From a virus (lineage: Duplodnaviria > Caudoviricetes), in IMG/VR virus record IMGVR_UViG_3300043640_000164, positions 1 through 57,822 of that record: a stretch of DNA of 57,822 nucleotides; one strand, 5' to 3'. Position numbers and translations under genes: made by a program. Below are positions 36,526 to 45,610 of the stretch, one piece after another. How positions within the stretch are numbered: the first letter of the stretch is position 1; each line of letters opens with the position of its first letter. Under the pieces are notes generated by a model. The model was not told where the DNA came from, did no database searches, and saw only the letters and a list, made by a program, of their open reading frames with translations.

Positions 36526-37839
36526 CTACGCGACCACGCCGAGGTTGACCTTGGCGAAGGCGTCCGGCGCCCAGAGCATCACGCCTGCGCGGGTCTCACC
36601 GAGCATCGTGACGCGGTTGCGAATGAAGTCGTCCTGGTCGCTGTCGCTGATCAGGACGTTCACGCCCTCGCGCAGGAGGACCAGCGCGGCGGCGGCGTCG
36701 CCGACCAGGCCGGTGCCGACCGGGAAGGCCTGCGAGACCACAACAGGCAGCCCGAACAGGGTCAGGCCGCCGGCGATCGACGGCGCGCCCATCAGGTAGC
36801 CGCCCGTGGCCGTGCCGGCGGCGGCGCTCTCCTCGCGCTTGAGCCGGATGGTCTCCCAGTCCTGCGGGCTGACGCCGATGAACGACGGCTCGTGATCGGC
36901 CAGCTGCACGGCGACGATGCCGTGGTGCAGGCGGTCGATGCCGGACTCTGCGGTCACCACCGTGGGCGTCTGAACGCCCGTGATGTTCAGGATGCCCCGG
37001 ATGTTCGAGCCGGTGCCGTTGCCGGCGGCCACCTGAGTCTCCAGGCGACGCCGAACCTTCAGGCGCAGGCGTCCGTCAATGTAGCCCTGGATCATCGGGG
37101 CGTCGGCGAGCGTCTGCTTGTTGATCTTGATCCAGCCGGCGATCGTGCGCACGACGGCCGTCGCGTCCACGAAGTCGATGGACTCCTCGGGCTTCAGCAC
37201 GCCCTCTGCCGTCTCGGCGACGGTGTCAGCCGTGTTGACCTCCTGCACGTAGTCGATAGACGACGACGTGGTGTTGCCGACCGGGAGCAGGTCCAGGAGC
37301 CGCATGGGTCGCAGCGGCAGGGTGTTCAGCCCGCGATACTCCGGCTGGATCAGCAGGCCGAGGTCCGAGGACTGCACCGCGGCCTTGAACGCGTGGGCGC
37401 TGACGACCTCGCCCAGCACGTGCGTGCCGACATGGGCCTTCTCGGTGTGAATCGCGGGGTGCTGGGCGAGCGCCTTGTAGGCGTCGCCGTCGATGACCCG
37501 CTGGCCGGACCAGTGGCCCTCGCCGTCCTGCTCGATCGCCTTGGAGCGCTCGCGCTCGCGCGGTGCCTCGGGGTCGCTCTGCCCGAGCATCTTCAGGATG
37601 CCGACCTGGGCGTTCTGAGTATCAACGATCCGCTCGTCAATCTCAGAGACTTCGCGGCTCTTGTCCACTGCGGCCAGGTACTCGGGGCCGTTGGTGTCGT
37701 AGCCGTCGACCGCGGCGAACGCGGACTTGGCCTCGTCCCGCACGCGGACCTTCTCTGCGCGATCGGTGCGCAGCTGCGACAGGTCATCTTCGACCTGCGT
37801 CAGCTTCTGGCGCAGGTCATCTGCATGGCTGTTGGCCAT
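36526..37839 (-). CDS. Major capsid protein, HK97 fold with an N-terminal delta domain
   Basis: AETAEG..KPE, IA.W..I..Q.L.D, GNG.G.N..GI, LFGLPVV, DFIRN...E.R. Confidence 0.95.
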   Translation of the reverse strand: MANSHADDLRQKLTQVEDDLSQLRTDRAEKVRVRDEAKSAFAAVDGYDTNGPEYLAAVDKSREVSEIDERIVDTQNAQVGILKMLGQSDPEAPRERERSKAIEQDGEGHWSGQRVIDGDAYKALAQHPAIHTEKAHVGTHVLGEVVSAHAFKAAVQSSDLGLLIQPEYRGLNTLPLRPMRLLDLLPVGNTTSSSIDYVQEVNTADTVAETAEGVLKPEESIDFVDATAVVRTIAGWIKINKQTLADAPMIQGYIDGRLRLKVRRRLETQVAAGNGTGSNIRGILNITGVQTPTVVTAESGIDRLHHGIVAVQLADHEPSFIGVSPQDWETIRLKREESAAAGTATGGYLMGAPSIAGGLTLFGLPVVVSQAFPVGTGLVGDAAAALVLLREGVNVLISDSDQDDFIRNRVTMLGETRAGVMLWAPDAFAKVNLGVVA

Positions 37840-37870
37840 GTTGGTGTCCCTCCTATGGGGGATCGGGGAA

Positions 37871-38716
37871 CTACGGGAGCAGCAGCAATTCAGCGACCGC
37901 TTCGCGGTCCTCTGCGCTGTGCTGCGGGACGCCGCCCCCATCGGGGAGCGAAGGTGTAGGTGTTGCGTGCGCGCGAATCGCGGCGACCAGCGCGGCTTCG
38001 TCGGCGTCGGCGTCCAGGCCGAGGAGTGACCGCGGGGTCTCGGCGTCAGCGGGCGCCGGAGCGTCGGCCGTCGGCACCGGCTCTGCAGCCGCGGGCGCGC
38101 GCGGCGCAACATCCGTCTCCGACGGTGCCGCCTCGACTGGCGCGACAGGTTCCGCAGGCGCGGCGTCGCCGTCGAGACCGAGCGTCTTGCGCGCCTCGTC
38201 GCGATCGATGATGCCCGCGGCGATCATCGACTTGATGGCCACGAGGCGCGTGGCCGGGTTGGCGCCCTTCAGGCAGGGGCCGTACTCGACCAAGTCAATT
38301 TCGTTGAGTAGCCACGAGACCGAGCCGTCCTCGTTCTCCCGGCGCGTCTCCTCTACAACGCGGCCGCCGAAGCTGAACTCGGTCAGCGCGCCGGCCCGCA
38401 TCGCGGCGTAGACCTCGCGGGCGCGGGCGTGGTCCTCGTCGTCGGCCACGAACAGGCGGCCCTTGACGTACAGGCCCTCCGGCACCTCCCTGGCTTCGAG
38501 CGTTTGCCCAATGGGCACGCTCATCCAGTCGTGGGAGTAGACGATGGGCTTGGGTCCGTCGGCCAGCGTCTTTGTGAAGGCGCCGGGCGAGACGATCTCG
38601 CCATCGGCGTCGACGTTGCCGAACACCGAGACGATCGCCTCGAACGTGCCGGGCTGGTCGGCGCCGGTGATCGCCTTGACGCGCGCCACCGGCAACGACA
38701 TGAACAGGTCGCGCAT
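37871..38716 (-). CDS. HK97-family prohead protease
   Basis: SVFGNVD, GAF, YSHDW..PIG, GLYVKG, FSFG, L.E.G..GANP. Confidence 0.92.
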   Translation of the reverse strand: MRDLFMSLPVARVKAITGADQPGTFEAIVSVFGNVDADGEIVSPGAFTKTLADGPKPIVYSHDWMSVPIGQTLEAREVPEGLYVKGRLFVADDEDHARAREVYAAMRAGALTEFSFGGRVVEETRRENEDGSVSWLLNEIDLVEYGPCLKGANPATRLVAIKSMIAAGIIDRDEARKTLGLDGDAAPAEPVAPVEAAPSETDVAPRAPAAAEPVPTADAPAPADAETPRSLLGLDADADEAALVAAIRAHATPTPSLPDGGGVPQHSAEDREAVAELLLLP

Positions 38717-38742
38717 ACGGGTTCCTTCCGGGGTGTGGAGAC

Positions 38743-38937
38743 TCAGGCCGCGTGGTCTTCACGGATGAGTCGGATCTGGGCATCGCGGAAGCCCGTGGCA
38801 CGTGCGAGTACGAGATCGGCGTCGGTCTCCTGTTCCGCGTTGCACGCGCGGTGCGCGAGCCCGGCCGCGTAACCGCGCGCCCATGCCGATTGCAATCGCA
38901 CGGCGAACGGATGACGCTCGACCGTGGCGTCAGCCAT
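38743..38937 (-). CDS. Hypothetical protein
   Basis: ORF between portal and protease. Confidence 0.5.
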   Translation of the reverse strand: MADATVERHPFAVRLQSAWARGYAAGLAHRACNAEQETDADLVLARATGFRDAQIRLIREDHAA

Positions 38938-38940
38938 GGG

Positions 38941-40230
38941 TCAGCTCGATGCGATGGCGTCGACCGCAGCCGGGTCGTCGTTCTCGGTGCCGACCGGGTT
39001 CATGTTGTTGGTCGGCATGTAGAACACGTCCATGCCGTCGTCCGGAGACTTCGGCATGTTGAGGACCGACCGACCCTCGTTGGGAGTCATGAGCCCCGTG
39101 CCAATCGCGGCACGTAGTGCTTCGACTTCCTTCAGCCGATCGCCACGGAGTACGCCGGCAAAGTCGAACTCGACAAAGACATCGTCCTCACGAAGCAGGC
39201 CGCGGACGAGGTGCGCGTTCAACTTCTGCTCGATCAGGACCAGTGGCGGCGCGAGCGAGTCGGTGTAGGCCATCTCGCGCTGGGTCTCGATGTTGGTGTA
39301 CGTCGCGTGGTCCAAGATGCCCAACATGGGCGGCGGCAGTTGGTAGACGGCGCAGACTTCCTCGCGCGCGACCTTGCGCTGTTCGATCAGCGCCGCCTCG
39401 ACGGCGGTATGGCCCACGGGCTTCCAGTCCAGGCCCGGGGGCAGGAGCGCCGGCCGGCCGCCGTTCTCGGGACCGGAGTAGATGGTGTTCACGTCCTCGC
39501 GCAGGTTGGCCATCAACACCGCGCGCTCGGCCGGGTCCATGCCGAGGAAGCGTTCGGACGCGGTGATCGCCGAGGGCGGGCGAGCACCGTTGTTGAACAC
39601 CGAGCGCTGGTAGCGCTGAGCAGCGTCCTCGATCATCAGCGTGGTTCCCAACTGCTGAAGCGGGGAGACGCCGAGCGGCCCGAGCGGCGACCACCACGCA
39701 AGGTGCAGCACGGTGTCGGCGCCGACCGTGCGCTGCTCTCCGTCGTCGGTGTCGACGTACCAGCCGCTGATGGTGGAGGCGAACGGCTGGATCGGGGAGA
39801 CGCCGCGCCAGTCGGCCGGCAGGAAGCGCAGCGAGTCGGTGCGACCCTGCTCGACCTCGGTCAGCCCGTTGCCATGGACCAGGAGCGGCCCGAGCATCGA
39901 CATAATGAGGTCGGCCTGTGAGCCGAACTCCCACGGAGCGACGATCGCGTTGGCCAGCGGATGCTCTTTGGGGTCGAGCCGGACGCGGCTGTTGTCGCCA
40001 GTGCGGCGGTAACACTTCAGCGGGACGCGCACGGCCATCGTCTGCATCCGCATGACGGCGGCGGCGACCCAGGGCTGGTCGGCGAACAGTTGGGCGTAGG
40101 AGGCGCAGCGCCCGCCGGTGAGGTTGATGCCAACCGCCCCGAAGGTGCTCGGCACGGAGTGGTAGCGCAGGTCTCCGCGTCCGGCGGCGATCTCGATCGG
40201 CGGGCCGAAGGTATCGTAAATCAGAGGCAA
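38941..40230 (-). CDS. Portal protein (HK97 family)
   Basis: LL.HGN, VLHL, GVSPL, FNNGARP, YSG.ENGG, TPNEGR; probable TTG start at 40230. Confidence 0.93.
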   Translation of the reverse strand: MPLIYDTFGPPIEIAAGRGDLRYHSVPSTFGAVGINLTGGRCASYAQLFADQPWVAAAVMRMQTMAVRVPLKCYRRTGDNSRVRLDPKEHPLANAIVAPWEFGSQADLIMSMLGPLLVHGNGLTEVEQGRTDSLRFLPADWRGVSPIQPFASTISGWYVDTDDGEQRTVGADTVLHLAWWSPLGPLGVSPLQQLGTTLMIEDAAQRYQRSVFNNGARPPSAITASERFLGMDPAERAVLMANLREDVNTIYSGPENGGRPALLPPGLDWKPVGHTAVEAALIEQRKVAREEVCAVYQLPPPMLGILDHATYTNIETQREMAYTDSLAPPLVLIEQKLNAHLVRGLLREDDVFVEFDFAGVLRGDRLKEVEALRAAIGTGLMTPNEGRSVLNMPKSPDDGMDVFYMPTNNMNPVGTENDDPAAVDAIASS

Positions 40231-40670
40231 GGTGAGGCCTTTCGAGCGGCGAGGCGGTTGCGGTTCCGGTCTCGCTTGCACGTCCGGCAGACACGCTTGT
40301 TGCCGTCCATGTAGGTGTTGGTGCCGGTGTAGGAGTGCCCCGCGGGGCACTGCGTGACGGCGGCGTTGCGCGCGGTGATCGTCTTGCCGCGCAGCAGGTT
40401 GTCGCGCTGGGTGACGGCTTCGAGGTGGCTCGGGTTCACACACCGCGTGTTCCGACACAGCTGGTCGATGACTAGACCGGGCTCGATCGGCCCATGCGCC
40501 AGGGTGTAGGACAACCGGTGGGCGTATGCACAGGAGCCGGCAACCCGCATCTGCCCGTAGCGATAGGCGCACCGGCCACCGAGCGCGCCCGTCCACGGCC
40601 AGCACTCGTCGTCCGTGCCCACGGCGACGTAGGACCAGAAGCGTTCTTCAACGGTCGGGGTCAAGGGCAT
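40221..40670 (-). CDS. HNH homing endonuclease, probably inactivated
   Basis: ERFW, CWPWTG, YG, AHRLSY, DQLCRN..CVNPSHL, CPAGH; usual DH is DQ here. Confidence 0.85.
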   Translation of the reverse strand: MPLTPTVEERFWSYVAVGTDDECWPWTGALGGRCAYRYGQMRVAGSCAYAHRLSYTLAHGPIEPGLVIDQLCRNTRCVNPSHLEAVTQRDNLLRGKTITARNAAVTQCPAGHSYTGTNTYMDGNKRVCRTCKRDRNRNRLAARKASPCL

Positions 40671-40673
40671 GGT

Positions 40674-40988
40674 CTAGGCCTCCTGCGGGGCGTGCTGCTG
40701 AAGCCAGCTGACGCTCGACTTGGGCACGACGACGGCGCCGGGAATCGGCTGCTCGCCGGCGCTGGTGACGTACTTGGCGCCTTCGAGCACGAGGCGGTCG
40801 GCGTAGTCACCGATCAGGACGCCGTGCAAGGTTTGGTCGTCGGGCTTGTTGGTGTGAACGGTCACCAGCGAGCCGTGTGCGATCTGCGCCTTGCGGTCGG
40901 CGCCGACCACAACGCTGGCGCCGACCACCAGCACGATGAGCCCGATGAGCCCTGCGATACAGACAATCGTCAGTTGGCCCGTTGTCAT
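40674..40988 (-). CDS. Membrane-anchored protein with an Sm-like beta domain
   Basis: N-terminal TM; VTVH...TLHGVL...VVVP..V.WLQ. Confidence 0.65.
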   Translation of the reverse strand: MTTGQLTIVCIAGLIGLIVLVVGASVVVGADRKAQIAHGSLVTVHTNKPDDQTLHGVLIGDYADRLVLEGAKYVTSAGEQPIPGAVVVPKSSVSWLQQHAPQEA

Positions 40989-42559
40989 AGGAGTCCGATC
41001 CGGTAGTCGTCCACGTTGATCGGGGGCGGCCCGATCGCCTCGCCCACCGCGACGCTGTGGACGGCCTGGCCGGCCGACAGTGCGTCGATAACTCGCTGGT
41101 CTTGGCCGGTCGCGGAACGGGTCTGCGACGGACGATCGAAGACGACGTCGCCGCGCGGCAGGATCCGCGCGCGGGCGTTGAGCACGTGCGCGGTCAGGTC
41201 GGGGTGCCCGGTGTGCTGGAGCGTCGGCGCGGGCTCCGCGCGTAGGCCTTCGTAGAACCGCTGGGCGGCTAGCGCCTGGGCCGTGTTGCCGTTGGAATGG
41301 ACGATGACTCGGGCGCCGATGTGCTCGGTGATCCACTCGGCGAGTTGCTCGCCGCCGGCCGCGCCGTCCATCACGAGCGTGTGGATCGGGTTCACAAGGT
41401 GTACGTCCATGAGTGCTTGCTGAACGCGGCTTGGTGGGGTTGACGTCCCGTCGCGCGGCGGCACGATCACGGTGGGGTCGAGGAAGACGTGGCGCGTCTC
41501 ATCGGGGCGCCACAGCGGGACGATCGCCGTGGTGTCCCAGGTCCAGCCGAGGTCGAGGCCGACCCAGACCGGCTCGCCGGGGCGCGGGCGATCGTCGGTG
41601 CGCGCGTCCTCCCACTCCTGCGCGTTGACCGCTGCGCTCTCGCCGCGGACGACCTGGTTGCACGTGAACCGGCGCCAGTGCTCAGGGGTCATGGACGGTG
41701 ACTTGCGCTTGCGCGTCAGCCCGGCGACGGTGACGCCGCTGAAGGGGTTGGCGGCCTTGACCGCTTCCATGTCCTCGGGATCCTCGGTCTCGGGGACCGC
41801 CCAGCGGTGAACCACCATGTCGCCATCGGTGAGGCGCTGGTGGGAGGGCTCGACCTGCTCGGCGTTGCCGTCGCGCTTGATGCGCGCGATGGTCTGCTCG
41901 AACTCCCCGCCGGGCTCACCGGCGGTGCTGATGGCGACGACCTGTCCGCCGCGCTTGTCGAGCTTGCCGCGCCACACCCGATAGAGCCGCATGTCGCGGT
42001 GGCGATGCAGCTCGTCAATCAGCGCGAGCGTCGGGATCTCGCCGTCGCCGGTGCGCTCGTCGGCGCTGTAGACCTGAATCAGGCCGCTGGTGCGGTGGGC
42101 GACGATCCGGCGGTAGCCCTCGAAGACCCGGAACCGCCGCTTCAGCGATGGCGTCCTGGACACGAAGCCGGCGGCCTGCCCGAGAAGTAGGCCGCACTGG
42201 TCGCGCGACGACGCGGCGAGCAGCACCTTCGCGCCGCCGGTGTAGTCGGCGTGGTAGAGGGCCGCTAGGCCCATGAGCGTGGTCTTGCCGTTGCCCTCGG
42301 GGACGACGACCCAGGTCTCGGTCACGCCCGCGAACAACTCGTCCATCACGCACAGTTGAAACTCCTCGGCAACGAACGGATCCCCGTTCTCGAGGATCGC
42401 GACCCCGGTGTAGGCCCGGAAGTGGTCGACGGTGAACGGGGTAAGCGGCCGGTGCGCGGTGGCGTCAGCTCTTGCGCCCGGCGCGGCGCGGGGCGAGTTC
42501 GACAACTTGCGCGTCGAGCGCGTCGAGCGGGTCGGTGGAGGGGGCGACGTGGGGGGCAT
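40985..42559 (-). CDS. terL: Terminase large subunit (start codon uncertain)
   Basis: PF....FQ, PEGNGKT Walker A, LIDELH Walker B, ISTAG, ANP, GLDLG, IDA. Confidence 0.92.
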   Translation of the reverse strand: MPPTSPPPPTRSTRSTRKLSNSPRAAPGARADATAHRPLTPFTVDHFRAYTGVAILENGDPFVAEEFQLCVMDELFAGVTETWVVVPEGNGKTTLMGLAALYHADYTGGAKVLLAASSRDQCGLLLGQAAGFVSRTPSLKRRFRVFEGYRRIVAHRTSGLIQVYSADERTGDGEIPTLALIDELHRHRDMRLYRVWRGKLDKRGGQVVAISTAGEPGGEFEQTIARIKRDGNAEQVEPSHQRLTDGDMVVHRWAVPETEDPEDMEAVKAANPFSGVTVAGLTRKRKSPSMTPEHWRRFTCNQVVRGESAAVNAQEWEDARTDDRPRPGEPVWVGLDLGWTWDTTAIVPLWRPDETRHVFLDPTVIVPPRDGTSTPPSRVQQALMDVHLVNPIHTLVMDGAAGGEQLAEWITEHIGARVIVHSNGNTAQALAAQRFYEGLRAEPAPTLQHTGHPDLTAHVLNARARILPRGDVVFDRPSQTRSATGQDQRVIDALSAGQAVHSVAVGEAIGPPPINVDDYRIGLL

Positions 42560-42926
42560 CGTCGGGTCGGGCGATCGGCCGGCCCCAGCGCTCGGGGGCC
42601 TGGCGTTCCAGCAGCCACGCGGCGGCCTTCCAGTCCTTGGCGGCGGCGGTGGCGATGATCGCCACGTTGCGGGACTCCGCTTCGGCGCGGGCCTGGTCGA
42701 CGCGCTCGCGGAAGGCGCGATACGGCGCGTCGACCGCCTTGGTACCAGTGGCGTCGCCGCGGGCCATCCATCCGTAGAACGTGCGCTTGGTGATGCCCGC
42801 CACCGCGGCGGCAGTCTCGACGTAGCCGCCGGAACGCAGCACCGCCACGATCCGATCCGCGCTCTCGTCGGTCAGCTTGGTGGGGCGGTGCCCGCGGACG
42901 GGAGCCGGGGCCGGGTCATCAGCCAT
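42465..42926 (-). CDS. terS: Terminase small subunit
   Basis: RPTKLT...HTH...DWKAAAWLLER..PERWG; directly upstream of terL. Confidence 0.8.
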   Translation of the reverse strand: MADDPAPAPVRGHRPTKLTDESADRIVAVLRSGGYVETAAAVAGITKRTFYGWMARGDATGTKAVDAPYRAFRERVDQARAEAESRNVAIIATAAAKDWKAAAWLLERQAPERWGRPIARPDDAPHVAPSTDPLDALDAQVVELAPRRAGRKS

Positions 42927-44098
42927 CAGGCGCGCTCCGCTTCGAGGCCGGTGTGACGCTCCCAGCGATCCACGATCACATCGCAGTAGCCGGCGTCAAG
43001 CTCCAGGCCGAAGCAGGTCCGCCCGACCTTCTCGCACGCGATGAGCGTGGAGCCGGAACCGAGGAACGGGTCGGCGACGACGCACCCGGCCGGCGCCCAG
43101 CGGTCGAGAATTTCCGCGAGCAAAGGTGTCGGCTTCTGCGTGGGATGCACGCGGTTGCTTGCCTCCGCACCGAACGCGCCGTACATGAAGAACCGCAGAA
43201 GGTCGCGCTTGTGCGGGCGCCTGCTCCAGAGAAGTTCGAAGCCGCTGCCCGGCGTGATGTCCGTGGCCTCGTTGCGCTTATCCCAGACCAGCCAAGACCC
43301 ATCGCCATCGTTTGCACTTAGGGTGCGGCGGTAGTAGTCGGCACCGAACCAGAACTGCTCAGCCACCGAGGAGAAGTAGGTCGACAGCGGCGCGGCGTCG
43401 AAGGGTTGGTCATCGCCGGCCACGGGACGGTAGATCCGCTGCGGCTGGTCACCCAACAGTCCCCTGCCGGGCCGGTTCGGACGCTTGGTGTAGTTGGTGT
43501 CTAGGCTGATCCCGTACGGCGGATCGGTGAGCACGCAGCCGACATCCACCCCGGCATAGAGCCGGTCAAGGTTCGCCGGGTTAGCAGAGTCACCGCACAG
43601 CAGCCGATGCTCACCCAACATGTAGAGGTCGCCGAGCTTCGTCCGAGGGTCCTCGGGCACGTCGCCCGGGGCGGTGTCGTCCTGGCTGGATGCACCACCG
43701 GCGTCCGCCAGCAACGCATCCAGATCCATGGGCTCGTAGCCCGTGCCGTCGAGGTTGGGCAGCGATGCCAGTAGAGCCGTGAGTTCGCCATCGTCGTAGC
43801 CGGCGACGTCGTTGGAGCGGTTATCGACCAGGACGATCCGGGCTGCCTGGTCCTCGTCTACGTCCACGAACGTGGCGGCCACGTCCTGCCAGCCCAACTC
43901 GCGCGCGGCGGCGAGCGTGTGGTTTCCGGCGAGCACCTCAGAGGTGCGCCGGTTGACGACGATTGGCCGGTACTGACCATTGATCGCGAGTGAGCTTTTG
44001 ATCGCCTCTACTGAGCCACGGCGCGGGTTGCGTCCATACGCACGCAGTGATGTCACTGGCACGCGCAGATCGGAGAGGGTGTCGGGAATCTCGGACAT
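42926..44098 (-). CDS. ParB-like N-terminal domain fused to an amino (N6A/N4C) DNA methyltransferase
   Basis: NPR, PIVV..LAGN, DNR; HRLLCGDS, TDPPYG, HPTQKP, DPFLGSGST. Confidence 0.92.
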   Translation of the reverse strand: MSEIPDTLSDLRVPVTSLRAYGRNPRRGSVEAIKSSLAINGQYRPIVVNRRTSEVLAGNHTLAAARELGWQDVAATFVDVDEDQAARIVLVDNRSNDVAGYDDGELTALLASLPNLDGTGYEPMDLDALLADAGGASSQDDTAPGDVPEDPRTKLGDLYMLGEHRLLCGDSANPANLDRLYAGVDVGCVLTDPPYGISLDTNYTKRPNRPGRGLLGDQPQRIYRPVAGDDQPFDAAPLSTYFSSVAEQFWFGADYYRRTLSANDGDGSWLVWDKRNEATDITPGSGFELLWSRRPHKRDLLRFFMYGAFGAEASNRVHPTQKPTPLLAEILDRWAPAGCVVADPFLGSGSTLIACEKVGRTCFGLELDAGYCDVIVDRWERHTGLEAERA

Positions 44099-44196
44099 CT
44101 GTGGGAAATCGCTTGACTTTCTGGGCGCGCCGAGCGAGTTATGTGTTCGCGGCATTTGGGCCGCGGTACCAAAACCCCATCAGCGAGGGACGAACC

Positions 44197-44607
44197 ATGA
44201 GCAGCGAGACGACGGTCAGCAGCGAGACGACGACCCCGGCCAAGGCGCGCACGCCCAGGAAGACGGCGCCGAAGACCACCGCGGCCAAGAAGCCCGCCGG
44301 GTCGAAGACGAAGAAGGCGGCGCCGACGACGGCGAAGAAGAGCGCGCCGAAGAAGACGAGTCAGCCCGCCGGCACGCCGACCGTTCGCGACGGGTCGATG
44401 CTGCATGCCGCCATGGCCGTGCTCAAGACCAGCCGCGAGCCGTTGACCGTCGGTGAGATCTACGAGCGCGCCGTGAAGCGCAACCTGCTCACCAACGTCA
44501 AGACCAAGACGCCGATCGCCTCCCTGTCTGCCCGTCTGGCCGTGGCCAACAAGCACGGCGAGCACGTCGAGCGCCCGGCGCCGGGCAGGTACCAGCTGCG
44601 CAAGTAG
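44197..44607 (+). CDS. Histone-H1-like K/A/P/T tail fused to a HARE-HTH-like winged helix
   Basis: PKTTAAKKPA-type repeats; AA..VL....PL...EI...L....KTP.ASL.A.L...R.APG.Y. Confidence 0.75.
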   Translation: MSSETTVSSETTTPAKARTPRKTAPKTTAAKKPAGSKTKKAAPTTAKKSAPKKTSQPAGTPTVRDGSMLHAAMAVLKTSREPLTVGEIYERAVKRNLLTNVKTKTPIASLSARLAVANKHGEHVERPAPGRYQLRK

Positions 44608-44633
44608 TACATCAACAGCCGCCGAGCAGCATC

Positions 44634-44674
44634 AGCACCCCGGACCTCGCCAGGTCCGGGGTGCTCCTCGTTTT
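44634..44674 (+). terminator. Intrinsic terminator
   Basis: 14-bp stem AGCACCCCGGACCT/AGGTCCGGGGTGCT, 4-nt loop, followed by TTTT. Confidence 0.75.
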
Positions 44675-44774
44675 GTGGGACACGATCCCATTTTGCATGC
44701 CAGGACCCTTTTTCGCGATCCGTTTTTTTCGCAGGAAGCACCCTGGCGCACGGATACCCCTACAACAACCGTGG

Positions 44775-44913
44775 TTTCCCCACCCCCTTGGTGGGAAAGG
44801 ATCGAGGCCTTGTTGATGGTCAACTCATTCCCCACCGGCCCGGTGGGGTATGCCTTCCCATCCCCAGCAATCCGGTGGGGAAGAGATCCCTTCCCCACCA
44901 TGTCGATGGGGAA
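44775..44913. repeat. Array of TTCCCCACC / GGTGGGGAA motifs in both orientations
   Basis: Exact or near copies at 44776, 44790, 44828, 44842, 44874, 44891, 44905. Confidence 0.7.
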
Positions 44914-44940
44914 AGGGGGATGCGGGCCGAGCCTTGCTCA

Positions 44941-45157
44941 TGCCACCTGGCACGGGCCGGGCTTGACGGCGATGCGCTCACCTGTCGCTACGGTACGTGG
45001 CCCCTCACACCCTGGGCCGTGTCAATCAGACACCGGCGGACCTAGGGGAGCGGCACGGACTGACGGTCTAGGTGTCGCCGGATGACGCCGGGCCGCGCTT
45101 AGAGGGTATGTCGACCCTGTGCCACCTGGCACGGGGTCCGGCTTGACGGCGATGCGC
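44941..45157. repeat. About 37-bp imperfect direct repeat, two copies (44941-44977, 45120-45157)
   Basis: TGCCACCTGGCACGGG..GGCTTGACGGCGATGCGC in both. Confidence 0.8.
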
Positions 45158-45247
45158 CGGGGCGGCAGGCTTCGCCGTGCTTCTCCTTCCCGCTGGAAGC
45201 ACGCGGCCCCGTCTCACCGCCCCTGTGTGAGGCGGGGGCCGCACCTA

Positions 45248-45610
45248 CTACTGCGTGCCGCTCGGGCTCTGCTCCCTGACCACGGAGTCGCAGTTGCGGA
45301 CGGGTGCGAGCGCGTTGATGAGCAGCACGATGCCGGCGCTGCCGGACTTGGCCCGCTCGGCGGGAGGCAGCTTGGCAACGAGGGTGCCGAGCGCCTTGAT
45401 GGCGGCACGGTTGCGCATGTTCTGGGACTCGCAACTGGAGCGTATGTTGCGTACCCGTTCGGTCTGGATCTGGGTGGCGAGGGCCTGTGCTGTGCCGGCG
45501 TCGTTCTTGTTGGCGCGCACGGCGATGACCAGCATGGCCCCGGCGAGAACGATCGAGAACAGGACGACGCTGACGACGATGATGCTGCGGAGGTGGGCGC
45601 GGTCGTTCAT
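45248..45610 (-). CDS. Membrane-anchored protein (lysis accessory candidate)
   Basis: N-terminal TM; SC...N..R and P.RNC cysteine pair. Confidence 0.65.
   Translation of the reverse strand: MNDRAHLRSIIVVSVVLFSIVLAGAMLVIAVRANKNDAGTAQALATQIQTERVRNIRSSCESQNMRNRAAIKALGTLVAKLPPAERAKSGSAGIVLLINALAPVRNCDSVVREQSPSGTQ

Noticed and set aside
21261-37959. Long + strand ORFs (21261-22946, 32485-34473, 36238-37959 and others)
   Set aside because: Antisense shadows of structural genes, expected at high GC
40221-40670. Group I intron around the HNH
   Set aside because: No flanking non-coding sequence for a ribozyme core; the HNH is free-standing
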